DNA of 64,000 nucleotides from Octopus vulgaris. Taxonomy: Eukaryota. A model generated the notes under the pieces. The model searched no databases. It was not told where the DNA came from and saw nothing but the letters and a program-made list of their open reading frames with translations. Made by a program: the position numbers and the translations under genes. The stretch covers positions 138,942,001-139,006,000 of the forward strand of contig OX597815.1 in assembly GCA_951406725.2 (NCBI GenBank). Direction: 5' to 3'. Shown here in pieces: positions 27,720 to 40,215 of the stretch; within the stretch, counting starts at the first letter, position 1, and every line of letters starts with the position of its first letter.

Positions 27720-29450
27720 TGATATAACCTAAATTTGAGACACCAGCAAAAGAAAAAATAAAGATAGACTTTTTTTTCCATTCCAAAGAAAAAAAGATTT
27801 TATTCATACAAATATACAACCGATGAGTTTAAAGTACCAGTAATGATAACGTCGTTGACAGGGAGAACATAATCATGTTTTAAACAATAAGCTTGGCAGG
27901 ATCGAGAAAGGTAATTTGTGGATCATATCCCGCTTTGGATAATGCAGTATTGTAATGGTTAGAGTGAGAGTTAAATATATCACTATTAGATGACAATTTA
28001 GAAATTCTTAGGGAAATATTTTTAACTAATGATTTTATTATATTTGGGGGATTATTAGATGACTTAGTTACATATCTAGTGATTTCGCCTTCTTTTCTAA
28101 ATGGATAATGTAGCTTTGAATTAAGGTTTAAGGTAACATCTAGGAAATTAACTAATTAGTGCCAGGTTCGTAAGTAATGCTTAGGTTAAATTCTTTAAAG
28201 AATTTATTAATTTTCATTTTAATCCTTTCAATACTTGATTTACTATTGCTAGGTACAACGAACAAAGTATCATCCCTATATAGACCACCTTGTAACTCAG
28301 GGATATCCCTATTTATGCATTTTAATAAGTATGCCCCTACTAGATTCGTTATCTCAGCTGAATCACTAGAGCCCATAGGTATATCAAAATTATTAGGGAT
28401 ATCCGCCCTAGTTCATAATTTCCCTTCAAATTCAATGATAGTTTTTCTAGCTAATAGGATTATGTCAATTTCTTCTTTAGGTATAAGAGAGCGATTCATA
28501 GCAAAAATAAGCGATTTTAGTAGAATGGGGGATATACTAGAATAATAATTAATTTTACTTTTATAGTCAACTAGATTAACCTCACTATAATCTTGAAATT
28601 GCCTCTTTCCCCAAATCTATTCTAATTTTAACATTTAATACCATTCCCCCAGTTATAAAATACGATACCTTCTATAAATTAGATGAGGTTTTGTTCCCCT
28701 ACCCTTTGTAAAAGAATTTACTTGACCTCTGGACATTGACCTAGATTTTTTCTCACCACATAAAAATAAATAGCTTTCTGTTCTCTTCATGTATTTTTTC
28801 TGTAACTAACTTAAACCCCATTTACAGTATTCTTTCACATCCCCTTACCTAAATTCCTACTAAAAAATTCTGATGGCTTTCAGTTGAAAGTAAGGTTTGG
28901 TCAGTTAGTAGCTGACCTACTACCTCATATGTTCCTAAGAATTTATTGATCTTTCTACATTGACCTAAATTTTTTGTCACCACATAAATAAATTGACCCT
29001 TTGTTCTAGTGACAATCTGTTCTTATTTTACATCTCCTCAATTTTCCTCTTCTTTTCTTCAACTAACTTGAATTCTTGGCCTGCCCTTACCCCTATCCTT
29101 ATAACTAAAGAAATTTTCTTACAACAGTCAGTTGTAAACAAGATTTTGGTCAGTTGGCATCCAAACTACACTACCTCGTGTTCCTAAGATTCATATCTAC
29201 ATCTTTATCTGTATATTTACCTTCCCTAAGGTGTTATTAATTGTTTTGAGAACTTTATATTATTGGAAAACCTATATAAAATTAGCTGAAGATTACTCGG
29301 CATCTTAAATCTGCTGTAATATTTACAGCTTTTAATAAAATGTTGTAGTATGAAACAATTGTAAAAAATTACCGGATCCATTCTTGTTGCTTATTTTTGA
29401 TTATAATCACCCCGCATATTTTTATGGGTAACACCATCAAAAATTCTGGT
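27720..29450 (-). mobile_element. Penelope-like RT fragment
   Basis: ORF 28152..28376 MGSSDSAEITNLVGAYLL...GGLYRDD, followed by NFLDVTLNL and thumb remnants; a degenerate HHR (CTGAAGA...GAAACAATTGTA) on the plus strand at 29286-29363. Confidence 0.85.
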
Positions 29451-29559
29451 GCATCTAAATTAAGTGCAATATTCATTTGAATCTAAATTATTACTGAAAT
29501 TATTTGGAAAAGGATGCGTGGCGTTCGACCATATAATAAGATAAGTAATATCTAAATAT

Positions 29560-30070
29560 ATGCATATATACATACATATATGTACATACCTACATTTATA
29601 TGTATATATACATGCACATATGGGTACAGGACATAAAAAAACTTGAAAACAATGAGAAATGGAAACATAAAAGCAAAAACTTAATAACAAAAACATAGAT
29701 ACGAATTTTTTCGAACAACGAAAAAAGGAAACAGAAAAACGAGACATGCAACATAAAGAATATTTCCATTCATCAGTTGCCCCTGTTTCAACTACTCCGT
29801 ATTACGAAGGCAAGGACAATACACGACTTAGTTGAAACAGTCCTTCCCGCAAAGCAAATTAAATAAAATTTGGGATCTTTTGCGGAGGATGACAGTGGTA
29901 ACAAGAACAGGACAGTGAGACCGTTTCTCTGTTTTTTTCCTTGTTCGAAAAAAATTTCGTTTCTATGTTTTTGTTTTTATGTTTTCGTTTCTCATTGTGT
30001 TCAATGGCTTTTTGATGTACCCATATATGCATGTATATATACAGATATATGTAGGTATATACATACATGT
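29560..30070. mobile_element. Foldback element of the 24290-24520 / 50500-50710 family
   Basis: 29600-29745 is inverted relative to 29920-30040; shares AACTGATGAA with the other copies. Confidence 0.65.
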
Positions 30071-31505
30071 ATGTATATATGCATATATTTATATATTATA
30101 TATATGTGTGTGTTTCTACACGGACACACGCATGTAAGTGTGTGTATATTTCTATATGCATGCTTATGTATATGTTTTCTCTAATTTTATGTAACTTCTA
30201 CTACAATTCTGCACCAATCATACTAAATTACCATAGTTTTTGTATATTGTACAACTTCATTTAAATATTCTAAAATTTGCAAAATCCACCCTGAAAGTGA
30301 AAAATATTTATTCCTTGTGTTTCCTATTTATATAGCTTGTCCATTCGATCAAATGCTTATATGTCTAATGTAGAATTTCTACATTATATTTCCTTTCTTA
30401 TTCAGCATTATGAAGATGTTAGCATCAACCAGTATGACTGCGTAGGTGATTTTTTGCCGAATATTAGCTGTTACTCTGCAGAACTTTGGCAAAAGTCCTT
30501 CTGTTCATTACAAGCATAATATTTTGCATATCTAGCACGAGATATGCCCATCTCTTTTTAAGACAATTGTACAATAGTATGCGGGTTATGAGTATTTGAC
30601 TGATATTTCTCACGGGGTAAAAAACCACTGTGAGGCTTTTCCGAAGTAGAACCGTGTAGAGTCAATATTAATTCGGAGATAGTTCAGGATTGAAGAAAAC
30701 ATAGATAGAAAGATAAAAAAAATTATAGACATGGAGTTCTAAGGAAGATGGATTGCTCTGGAGTTAAATTGATGCTACTGAAATCTTCCAAAGCGTGTAA
30801 AGACCGACTTCGCTAGGGACCTATACAAAACAAAAACGTAAGTTATATTTATACATTTAGTTTATTTTTATTGTTCAGGTATTTTTCATTTGTTTATTTT
30901 AACTCATTACTTAGATCCAGACCTATTTATATCCTGACAAATATACACATAAACAAACTCAGAGTAGACCCTATTATTATTTTAAAATACGTGTTTACGT
31001 TTAATGAAAATGTGTTTACATTAAAGGAATAAACAATTCCTGTATGCTTATGTAAAGTATGCATGAATAAGGTGTGTTTATTTATTCCAGTTTCCTTGTT
31101 CAATTCCTAACGACCATTTAGAAATTGGCTATAAAAAAATCGCAATAACTATTTGTAAAGTACCAGCTTCCAATAAATTATATCTTTCTACTGCCTTGTT
31201 CGACTTCTCTTTCTCTTTTCTTTTATTTATACTAAAGGGTTTACAATTACACGCATACACGCACATATGTTCACATCCATATAATTATCTATTTTTGCAC
31301 GTGCGTGTGAGTGCTCGTGTGAAGGGTGGAGTGTGCATTCATAAAATTCATTACATAGATGTGCATAAATGTATACAAGTTCATACAACAATACAGTGAA
31401 TATACACTTTTGTGAATACACATGTTCCCACAATTAGATTTAATACACATACATGTGCATTACTTATGATTGTGAACCATGCGAACAACACAATTATATT
31501 TGAAG

Positions 31506-31547
<42 letters not shown>

Positions 31548-31572
31548 GTACATATATAGATATACACACGCG

Positions 31573-31631
<59 letters not shown>

Positions 31632-31932
31632 TACTTTTCGTTAATACAACTCTTCTATCAAACTTTTATAAAATATCAATAATTCATTTTCATGATTTAA
31701 TGCATGCCATTTCAAAAGCATAGATTGTTTGCCATATTAATACTTTCACTCCTCTTATATCTACAATATTTAATATTCCTGTCAGTTCCAATTCTCTTTA
31801 ATCAACCCACGTTTATTTTATTTTTCTCTTGCAATTGATTAAGTAATCCGTTTTCAGAAGTGAAATAAATGTTCACTTTTAAAATAATACTTTACAATAT
31901 AACTTTGTGAGCACCTACTGTGTAAGCTCCTG

Positions 31933-31995
<63 letters not shown>

Positions 31996-32569
31996 TATAT
32001 GTATATGTATATACAGACATATTTGATGAGTGGCATCAAACTTCCTTATTCGGTAAATACAAAATAAAGTATACATTATTAGCCCTGTTAGTCGTACTGC
32101 AACGTGTTTAGAGTTTACTAGATGGTATAACTAAGTAAAAAGAAAAATAAATAAATGATTTTATTGTACGTATTTGGTTCTGCAGTTTCTAGTGTGGTAA
32201 TCTGGTATGCAAAGTTTGTTGCATAAGGATCAATGCGTCACTATCATTCTGCTTATATCGTGTGTATACAATGTGAAACTTAAGCAACATAACATTATCA
32301 AATCGGGGGTATATTGAAGAGCAGTGACGTTATACAATATATATCGTAAAATATGCAATGTTTCAGAATGACATGCAACATTTTCAAGCATTACGTATGC
32401 ATATTGCAGAAATCAGCGTGAACAGTCAGATATGCAGCAAATTTCATAAAGAGTGAGCAAATTTCTTATAGTGTGGCAATGTACCAAATTGTATTTATTA
32501 TAGATATAACAATACGGTATTTCTTCATACTCAAGTTACTGCATGGGGTCAAATGTTATTATATTCATA

Positions 32570-33859
32570 CGAGGGACGTTCAATAAGTAATGCCTCTGAC
32601 CTACTTGCAGTTGTTTGATCTAGCTGCAATTTTGCATGTGCAAATATTCATACATATACAGATTAAGTGGCAAATTACAGCTCTGAACTGATTGTGGTTT
32701 CTGATTTACAGTTGTTTGAACTGAGTCAAGTGTGAAATGGAGCCTGTTGAGTGTCGAGCAGTGATCCGGTTTTTGTATTTGAAAGGACGCACACCACGGG
32801 AGACTTTTGATGAAATGAAAGTAACTTATGGTGATGATGCCCCATCATATGACCTTGTAAAACGCTGGCACCGTGAATTCAAACATGGTCGGAACTCGGT
32901 GGAAACAGCTCACAGATTTGGTCACCCCCTTCTGCCATGGTTGAGGCATCTGTCCGTCAAGTTGAGGCTGCCATTTTGGAAGATCGACGCATAACTATTC
33001 GCCAAATAAACCATGAGGTCAAGATTAGTACCGGGTCTGTGGAAACTGTCATTCGTGACCATTTGCATAAGCAAAGGTGTCTGCCAGATGGATTCCCAGG
33101 TTGCTCATACCTTTCCAGAAACAAGAACGCGTCGAGTGCTCGAGGATGAATTTGGAGATGTGCCAAGAAGATGAGTCAAAATTTTTCAAAAGACTGATTA
33201 CACAGGATGAAACCTGGATCCATCACTATGATACAGAGACCAAAGCCCAGTCAACGCAGTGGAAGCACCGTGACTCACCTCCTCCAAAGAAGGCAAGGGT
33301 GCATCCCTCCGCTTGCAAGGTCATGCTCACAGTCTTCTGGGACCAGGACGGTGTAGATTTGACAGATTTCCTGGCAAAGGGTATCACAATTACAGGAGCC
33401 TATTATGCTTCACTTTTCAGGAAATTAAGAGAAGTTATCAAAATCAAGAAGCGGGGCAAGATCAGCAAAGGCATCCTCCTCCTGCAGGACAACGCTCTGG
33501 TCCACAACTCGCGTGTTGGCAGATCAGAAGCACAGGCGTGCGGCTATGAACTCCTCCCCCATCCCCCTACTCTCCTGACCTTGCACCCTCTGATTTTCAC
33601 CTCTTCCCAGCCATGAAGCTGTTTTTGAAATGAAAGCGTATCCCAGATGATGCAGCCTTGATTTCTGAAGTCACGTCGTGATTGGAGGACCAAGCTGGGG
33701 TCTTCTACGAAAACGCTCTCCAGATCTGCATCAAACGATGTGAGAAATGCGTAACTCTGGATGGTTCCTATGTAGAAAAGGGCTAATAACTGTACCAAGT
33801 TTCGTTGCTCTACTGCAATGGGAAGTGGGTCAGGGGCATTACTTATTGAACGCCCCTCG
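32570..33859 (+). mobile_element. Full-length mariner DNA transposon (copy 1)
   Basis: TIRs CGAGGG(G/A)CGTTCAATAAGTAATGCC(C/T)CTGACC, TA on both flanks, 1290 bp. Confidence 0.97.
32737..33786 (+). pseudogene. Mariner D,D34D transposase, frameshifted
   Basis: HTH N-terminus, WIPRLL, TQDETW, LQDNA and SPDLAPSDF split over several frames, with internal stops. Confidence 0.95.
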
Positions 33860-34210
33860 TAGGTTGAATGTGGTGATCCGGCCTTCTGCATGTATCGCAA
33901 AACTTGCATTGTAGTACTCTGTTATAATTCTGTTACCATATAAGGGGCAATGTGGCACTCTTAATTTGAGAGACTGCTCCTTAACGTTGAGTATGCAATG
34001 TGACACTCTGAAGTTAATCGTCTATTACTCATTATATTATGGTACATTAACGTATTTCTTTTCGCGTTATTCTACGTTCCGAAATTCATTTCTTGTTTAC
34101 ATGATTTCATTTGAGAGTGTGTTTGTGTTTGTACCTATACATATTCATACACACACACACACACATATATATCTATATATCTATATATATATATATATAC
34201 ACGTATACAT

Positions 34211-34246
<36 letters not shown>

Positions 34247-34477
34247 GTATACATAGATACATAAAGGGTATTGTCGCTCTTATTTCTAGCAATCCTAACT
34301 CACACTTAGAGTGACGATTGAATTTTTCCTTTACGGTACCACATAGCGCCTGGCTGTTAATATTAATTTTAGTATACGCATTAGCAATGGTAAATACATA
34401 CATGCTGGCCGAGTGAACTAGCCGATCATGCGCTGTTCGAGTAGTCCTCACTAACGATGTCTAGATTCATTTACTTC

Positions 34478-34810
34478 ATTTACATAGGCTGCTTTGAAAA
34501 AAATGCCTGAATAACCACTGAATAACCACTTTTCTTCTTTTAGACTTAGGCAAAATCCAACAGTACCTTATTATCTTTGAAAATCTGGGCACTCAAGGAC
34601 AGTAATAGTAAATTTGGCCTAAAATGGGATATAGTCCATAGAGCTCAGCCATACAAAAGTAGCCGATACTGATGTGAACTATGTTGTATGGAGATTTATG
34701 AAATATTTAAATATAGTGATAAGCGAAAACTAATTAATAATAAATCAGACTTCAGAGCATCTTGTTTACATAGGATTAACGGTACCTTCAAATACTTTAA
34801 AAGCAAATAA
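34478..34810 (+). mobile_element. Penelope-like GIY-YIG C-terminal fragment
   Basis: IYIG, NHFSSFRL, IWALKDSNSKFGLKWDIVHRAQPY..*CELCCMEIYEI...LINNKSDFRASCLH; same layout as ORF 52006..52443. Confidence 0.75.
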
Positions 34811-35699
34811 TAATAAGCACATTATACTTTGATTTCGTTGCATGAGTTATCCAGGGTGTCATATATTCATAGCATACCCTCTGTTATCTAGAAATATATG
34901 CAGTATTGCTCTCTAATAAACTGTAACCACTTTAATTTGCATTCCTGCAATATTTATATTACGTATATTCCCCTTCGGTATTGGAATTTTCTTCCTTTAC
35001 AGTTATAATATATAAATTTGCAATAGATTGGTAAGTCTTGCGCCTCCCCTATGTATAAGTTATACCCCCTAGGAACTGTTATTGTACTACATAAATCAGT
35101 GTCTCTGACATATTTTAGAAATATTTATAAACCCATTTCCAAAGGTATATTTAATTAATATTTGATATACATATCTTGACTTATCTTTCTTTCTTTTTTA
35201 TCCCTGATATACCTTTCATATTATTTGCAATGCAATATATTATAAAATCTTTTTGATAAAATTTTTATACATAAAAATGTTATGCTTTTAATTTTTAATT
35301 TTTTATAGCATATATTTTCAAATATTTAACTATCTATATCTCCTCATATATATTTGTGTAGCTTCTACAAATTGTAGAGGGGTTTATAATTCCTCACTGT
35401 ATAATATAATACAATATTATATTTCTATTTATAATTACACATTGTTTTATAAATTTTATAAACTCTTGATATGCATATATATATATATATTTGTGTGTAT
35501 GTGTGTGTTTACAATTACATATGCGTTATAAATTTTATTAATTTTTTTATATATATATATATGTAATATTTTTGTACATTCTTATATCATTTCATAAATT
35601 TTTACAAGATTTTTAATAAACGTTTACCAGATATAGAAATACTTATTTTATTTTACTTTAGTATTTTTATAATTATGTAATATTCAATAAGCATTTACA

Positions 35700-36650
35700 T
35701 ACCCATATCAGTTTAGCTGTTACTTCCGCATGTAATCCATTATACATTTAGTATATCTCTAATCAAATTACCTCTTACATTCGATTCTATATTTTCGATA
35801 TCTTATCCTTAATGAGGATAATAATCCTTGTTTTGCTTTAATATATACTATGTACTCCAACTCAGATGAAATTAAATTCAATTATACATTTATTGTGGAA
35901 AGGTTTTATCATGACTACCTTAACAATATGCTTAGCAAAGGCGTTAGCTTTCTCTTATATATAAAATATCCCATTATTAGGTTTTAAGTTTAATTTCTAT
36001 CCCTTTTCTATATATTGGTTTAAATTTTTTTTCTAAATTTAATATAATAAATTTCCTAAGTTATGAATTACTATATCCCATATGCGTCAATTCTAATTCC
36101 CAAACTTAGAGCTGATATTACTTATCTCTTTTGTTTTTCATTATATTCCCCTTTTTTGATAATCTAAACAGGTATTGACCACCCCTATCCTTCCTTCTTC
36201 TAGTTATCACCTCTTCCCCATCAGCCATTCTCTTACTAGCAGCTCTGATACATATACTTTCATGCAGATAAAGCTAGATATATGGTTCCAGTAAAATAAG
36301 GGTCTGGGAGATTGTCCGACATTAACTGATTTATCACTATCAACTAGAACAAAGTTGACAGCTCCCAATGGTTGTAGATTACATGCTGCATAAAACCTTT
36401 TAAATATAAATAGCTATCTCACTACTCCTATATATTGGCCCCCACCATTTTCGTCTACTACTCTTTAAATTATAGTAGGCTTAACAAGATAAGCATTATT
36501 TTGGTTTCTAGTATTGATATAAGTTTTGTTAAAAATGGTTTATCCTTTATGTTCGTAATCCATACGATCATGCACTCTGAGGAGAGCGGTTTCTTTCAAA
36601 TTGATGTTATGATCGATTATATGGAGCCGCTGGAAACGATCGTAATGTAT
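35700..36650 (-). mobile_element. Penelope-related element with an opposite-strand HHR terminus
   Basis: 35970-36395 is the reverse complement homologue of 63040-63470; 36410-36650 is the direct homologue of 63710-64000. Confidence 0.65.
36570..36650 (+). ncRNA. Type I hammerhead-like motif
   Basis: ATGCACT-CTGAGGA-GAGCGG...CCGCTG-GAAAC gatc GTA-ATGTAT; C11.1 is mutated to G and stem I has a bulge. Confidence 0.6.
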
Positions 36651-36706
36651 TGATATATGGAATCCTTTTTACGCATTTACATGTTCTCCCTCTCTCTCTG
36701 TCTCTC

Positions 36707-36779
<73 letters not shown>

Positions 36780-38007
36780 AAGATCTTTAGAGAGACACCA
36801 TTTTATGTATGGTTGTACTGCAAAATGGATGCAACACAACATGTTTCACGGAGAGTCTCACCCAAATGTCTCACTCAAAAGGGTCGAAACAATCGTCGTA
36901 CAAAATAAAGACGAAAACCAGACCCATCTTTCGTTCCCTTAATCAATTATATATATATATAAAATTATAATGAATAAATATTTATTATACAAATCTCTAG
37001 CTAAAGTCGTAAACATCAACTAAGTTATACATGTTTATATATCAATCTGTGTGTTATGTTTCCTTCTATATGTACAAACAGACGAAAGCATGATAACGTC
37101 GATTTACTTTGGCCTATATACCTTTAACCTGTAAGAAAATGCTCTTTTAATTTTCTTTTATAAACATGGCGAAAATATGTGGATTACTTGTATGTTATAT
37201 TCTTGCAGTTTAAATTTATAGATCTAACATTCCGTATGTCGTAAGAGCATTAATACAAGCACAAGACACTTCTTTGTAACGGACAAGTAATGGGTGGGCT
37301 TGAGTATTCGTGCGCGAGTTGGCCTTTACGTTGGCTTCCATTGAAAATTAGTTACAATAGATCACTCTGTCAGATAGCAGGTGACTTGCAAGAAATTTAC
37401 CTTACACTGTTTACACACACACACACAGAGGCATACACAATGCATACACATATGCACACACAACAACAACCAGACACACACGTACAGACACACATACACA
37501 CCTATTGTTTACGTTATAACAAAAGAGAAGTGAATATTAAAATATGTCAAACGACATAGTTTAAAGACAATATTTAAGAAAGCTGTAATATAGGGACACA
37601 AACGACACTAAGCATGCTGGTTGTTTGAACATCAAAGAAATTATGTATTTATACAGGAACGAAAGAAAAATCTTTAGTTCCTCATTAACAATTATGAATG
37701 AGATATTCTCTTCACGGATTGGTTGACAGAAATAGTAGTTTAGAAAAACATATTTGAAAATATTAGATTCATTCTAGAGAAACATAATTGAACTTCATTA
37801 TGTTACACATCTTATGGTATATCATTTAAAGAAAAGAAGGAGCTGGATTCGTAGGGGAAAAGTATGTTTTTAGCAACAAGAGACGAGCTATAATTCCGTC
37901 ACAACAAAATTCAAATCATTAGGCTCCTTTCTGTAAGGTTCCTTTTGTGAAGGAATTTCTCTTGTGTATGCATTTAGAGAGGTTTACATCCATCCAATTT
38001 ATACGTA

Positions 38008-39273
38008 CGAGGGGCGTTCAATAAGTAATGCCCCTGATCCACTTCCCATAGCAGTAGAGCAACGAAACGTGGCACAGTTATTAGTCCTTTTCTACATAGG
38101 AACCACCCAGTGTTACGCATTTCTCCCATCATTTGATGCAGCTCTGAAGACCGTTTTTGTAGAAGACACCAGCCTGGTCCTCCAACCACGACGTGACTTC
38201 AAAAATCAAGGCTGCATCATCTGGGAAACGCTTTCCTTTCAAAAACAGCTTCATGGCTGGGAAGAGGTGAAAATCAGAGGGTGCAAGGTCAGGAGAGTAG
38301 GGGGATGGGGGAGGAGTTCATAGCCATACGCCTGTGCTTCTGATCTGGCGACACATGAGTTGTGGCCCAGAGCGTTGTCCTGCAGGAGGAGGATGCCTTT
38401 GCCGATCTTGCCCCGCCTCTTGATTTTGATAGCTTCTCTTAATTTCCTCAAAAGTGAAGCATAATAGGCTCCTGTAATTGTGGCACCCTTTGCCAGGAAA
38501 TCTGTCAAATCTACACCGTCCTGGTCCCAGAAGACTGTGAGCATGACCTTGCAAGCGGAGGGATGCACCCTTGCCTTCTTTGGAGGAGGTGAGTCACGGT
38601 GCTTCCACTGCATTGACTGGGCTTTGGTCTCTGGATCATAGTGATGGACCCAGGTTTCATCCTGTGTAATCAGTCTTTTGAAAAATTTTGACTCATCTTC
38701 TTGGCACATCTCCAAATTCATCCTCGAGCAATCGACGCGTTCTTGCTTCTGGAAAGGTGTGAGCAACCTGGGAATCCATCTGGCAGACACCTTTTGCATA
38801 TGCAAATGGTCATGAATGATAGTTTCCACAGACCCGATACTAATCTTGACCTCATGGGCTATTTGGCGAATAGCAGCCTCAACTTGACGGACAGATGCCT
38901 CATCAATGGCAGAAGGGGGCGACCAGATCTGGGAGCTGTTTCCACAGAGTTCCAACCAGGTTTGAATTCACGATGCCAGTGTTTTACAAGGTCATATGAT
39001 AGGGCATTATCACCATAAGTTACTTTCATTTCATCAACAGTCTCCCGTGGTGTGCATCCTTTCAAATACAAAAACCGGATCACTGCTCGACACTCAACAG
39101 GCTCCATTTCACACTTGACTCAGTTCAAACACCTGTAAATCAGAAACCACAATTAGTTCAGAGTTGTAATTTGCCACCTAATCTATAGAGATATAAATAA
39201 TTGCACATGCAAAAGTTCAGCTAGATCAAACAACTGCAAGTGGGTCAGGGGCATTACTTATTGAACGCCCCTC
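38008..39273 (-). mobile_element. Full-length mariner DNA transposon (copy 2)
   Basis: Same TIRs as copy 1, TA flanks, one terminal base lost; 24-nt in-frame deletion relative to copy 1. Confidence 0.97.
38081..39107 (-). pseudogene. Mariner transposase, frameshifted
   Basis: ORFs 38859..39107 and 38251..38955, plus a C-terminus in another frame. Confidence 0.95.
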
Positions 39274-39292
39274 TACATATACCGCTACCTAT

Positions 39293-39332
<40 letters not shown>

Positions 39333-39383
39333 TATTCTCATCCGTGTCCTCGGGTGCATATAATTACACACACACACACACAC

Positions 39384-39465
<82 letters not shown>

Positions 39466-39499
39466 GACATGTCGAAAGTAAATAATCACTTGAAACATT

Positions 39500-40215
39500 C
39501 TCTTCTGCGTATTTTAACTTGAAAAGAATTATAGTTTTTATGAACTGATATTTTTATATTTTAGGTTCTACATGTGACTGTTTAATCGTGCCACATACAA
39601 AAGAAGGCTTGGACCTCTCCGAATTTCAAAGAGGCCGTATTGTGAGTTAATATGAATCTGGGCCTAGTCAGAGTAAAATTGCAGCATTGGGATCCCTCAT
39701 TCTACAGTTAATAGAGTGATTGTGCAATTCGCCAAGGTGATGAAGGAGTCCACGTTACATAACCCAGGTGACCAGGACCCTTCGCTTTGTTAAGAGAAGT
39801 GTGGACGATAATCCTCGTTGCAAGGCCTTTGGCGTAGCAAAACATGTTGATGCTAGTCCCAGAACAGCAGTCACGTATCCCCACAAACTTAGCTACTATG
39901 GCAGAGCAGCAAGAAGAAAGCCATTTCTTCGACCAACAAATACAAAGCGGAGAAAAGATTGGGCCAGAGAGATGGTAGTGGGTCCACTGGCATTAGGACA
40001 CTGTCATAGTCTCTGATAAGTCTAGATTTGCTGTATTTCCTGACAGCGGTCGAGAGTGCGTGTGGAGACTCTGATCAAAAGTTTGACGTGAAATTATTGC
40101 AGCCAACAATGAACACCGCGACTATTCTGTGATGGTCTGGATAGCGATTTGGAGTAAATTTCGATCAGAGCTGGTGGAGTGTGAAGGAAATATAAATTCG
40201 AAGAACAGGTGAAGA
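39500..40215 (+). mobile_element. Tc1-type transposase fragment, decayed
   Basis: DLSEFQRGRIV, GRAARRKPFL, TVIVSDKSRF (SDES motif), [14 protein letters not shown]; multiple indels and no clear TIRs. Confidence 0.85.

Noticed and set aside
33077-33616. SETMAR-like host gene
   Set aside because: No SET domain; bounded by TIRs and TA; frameshifted, so a plain mariner copy.
36810-36905. GAAAC-aatc-GTC-GTACAA half-hammerhead with upstream TTGTAC
   Set aside because: No CUGANGA next to the putative stem I; too degenerate to call.
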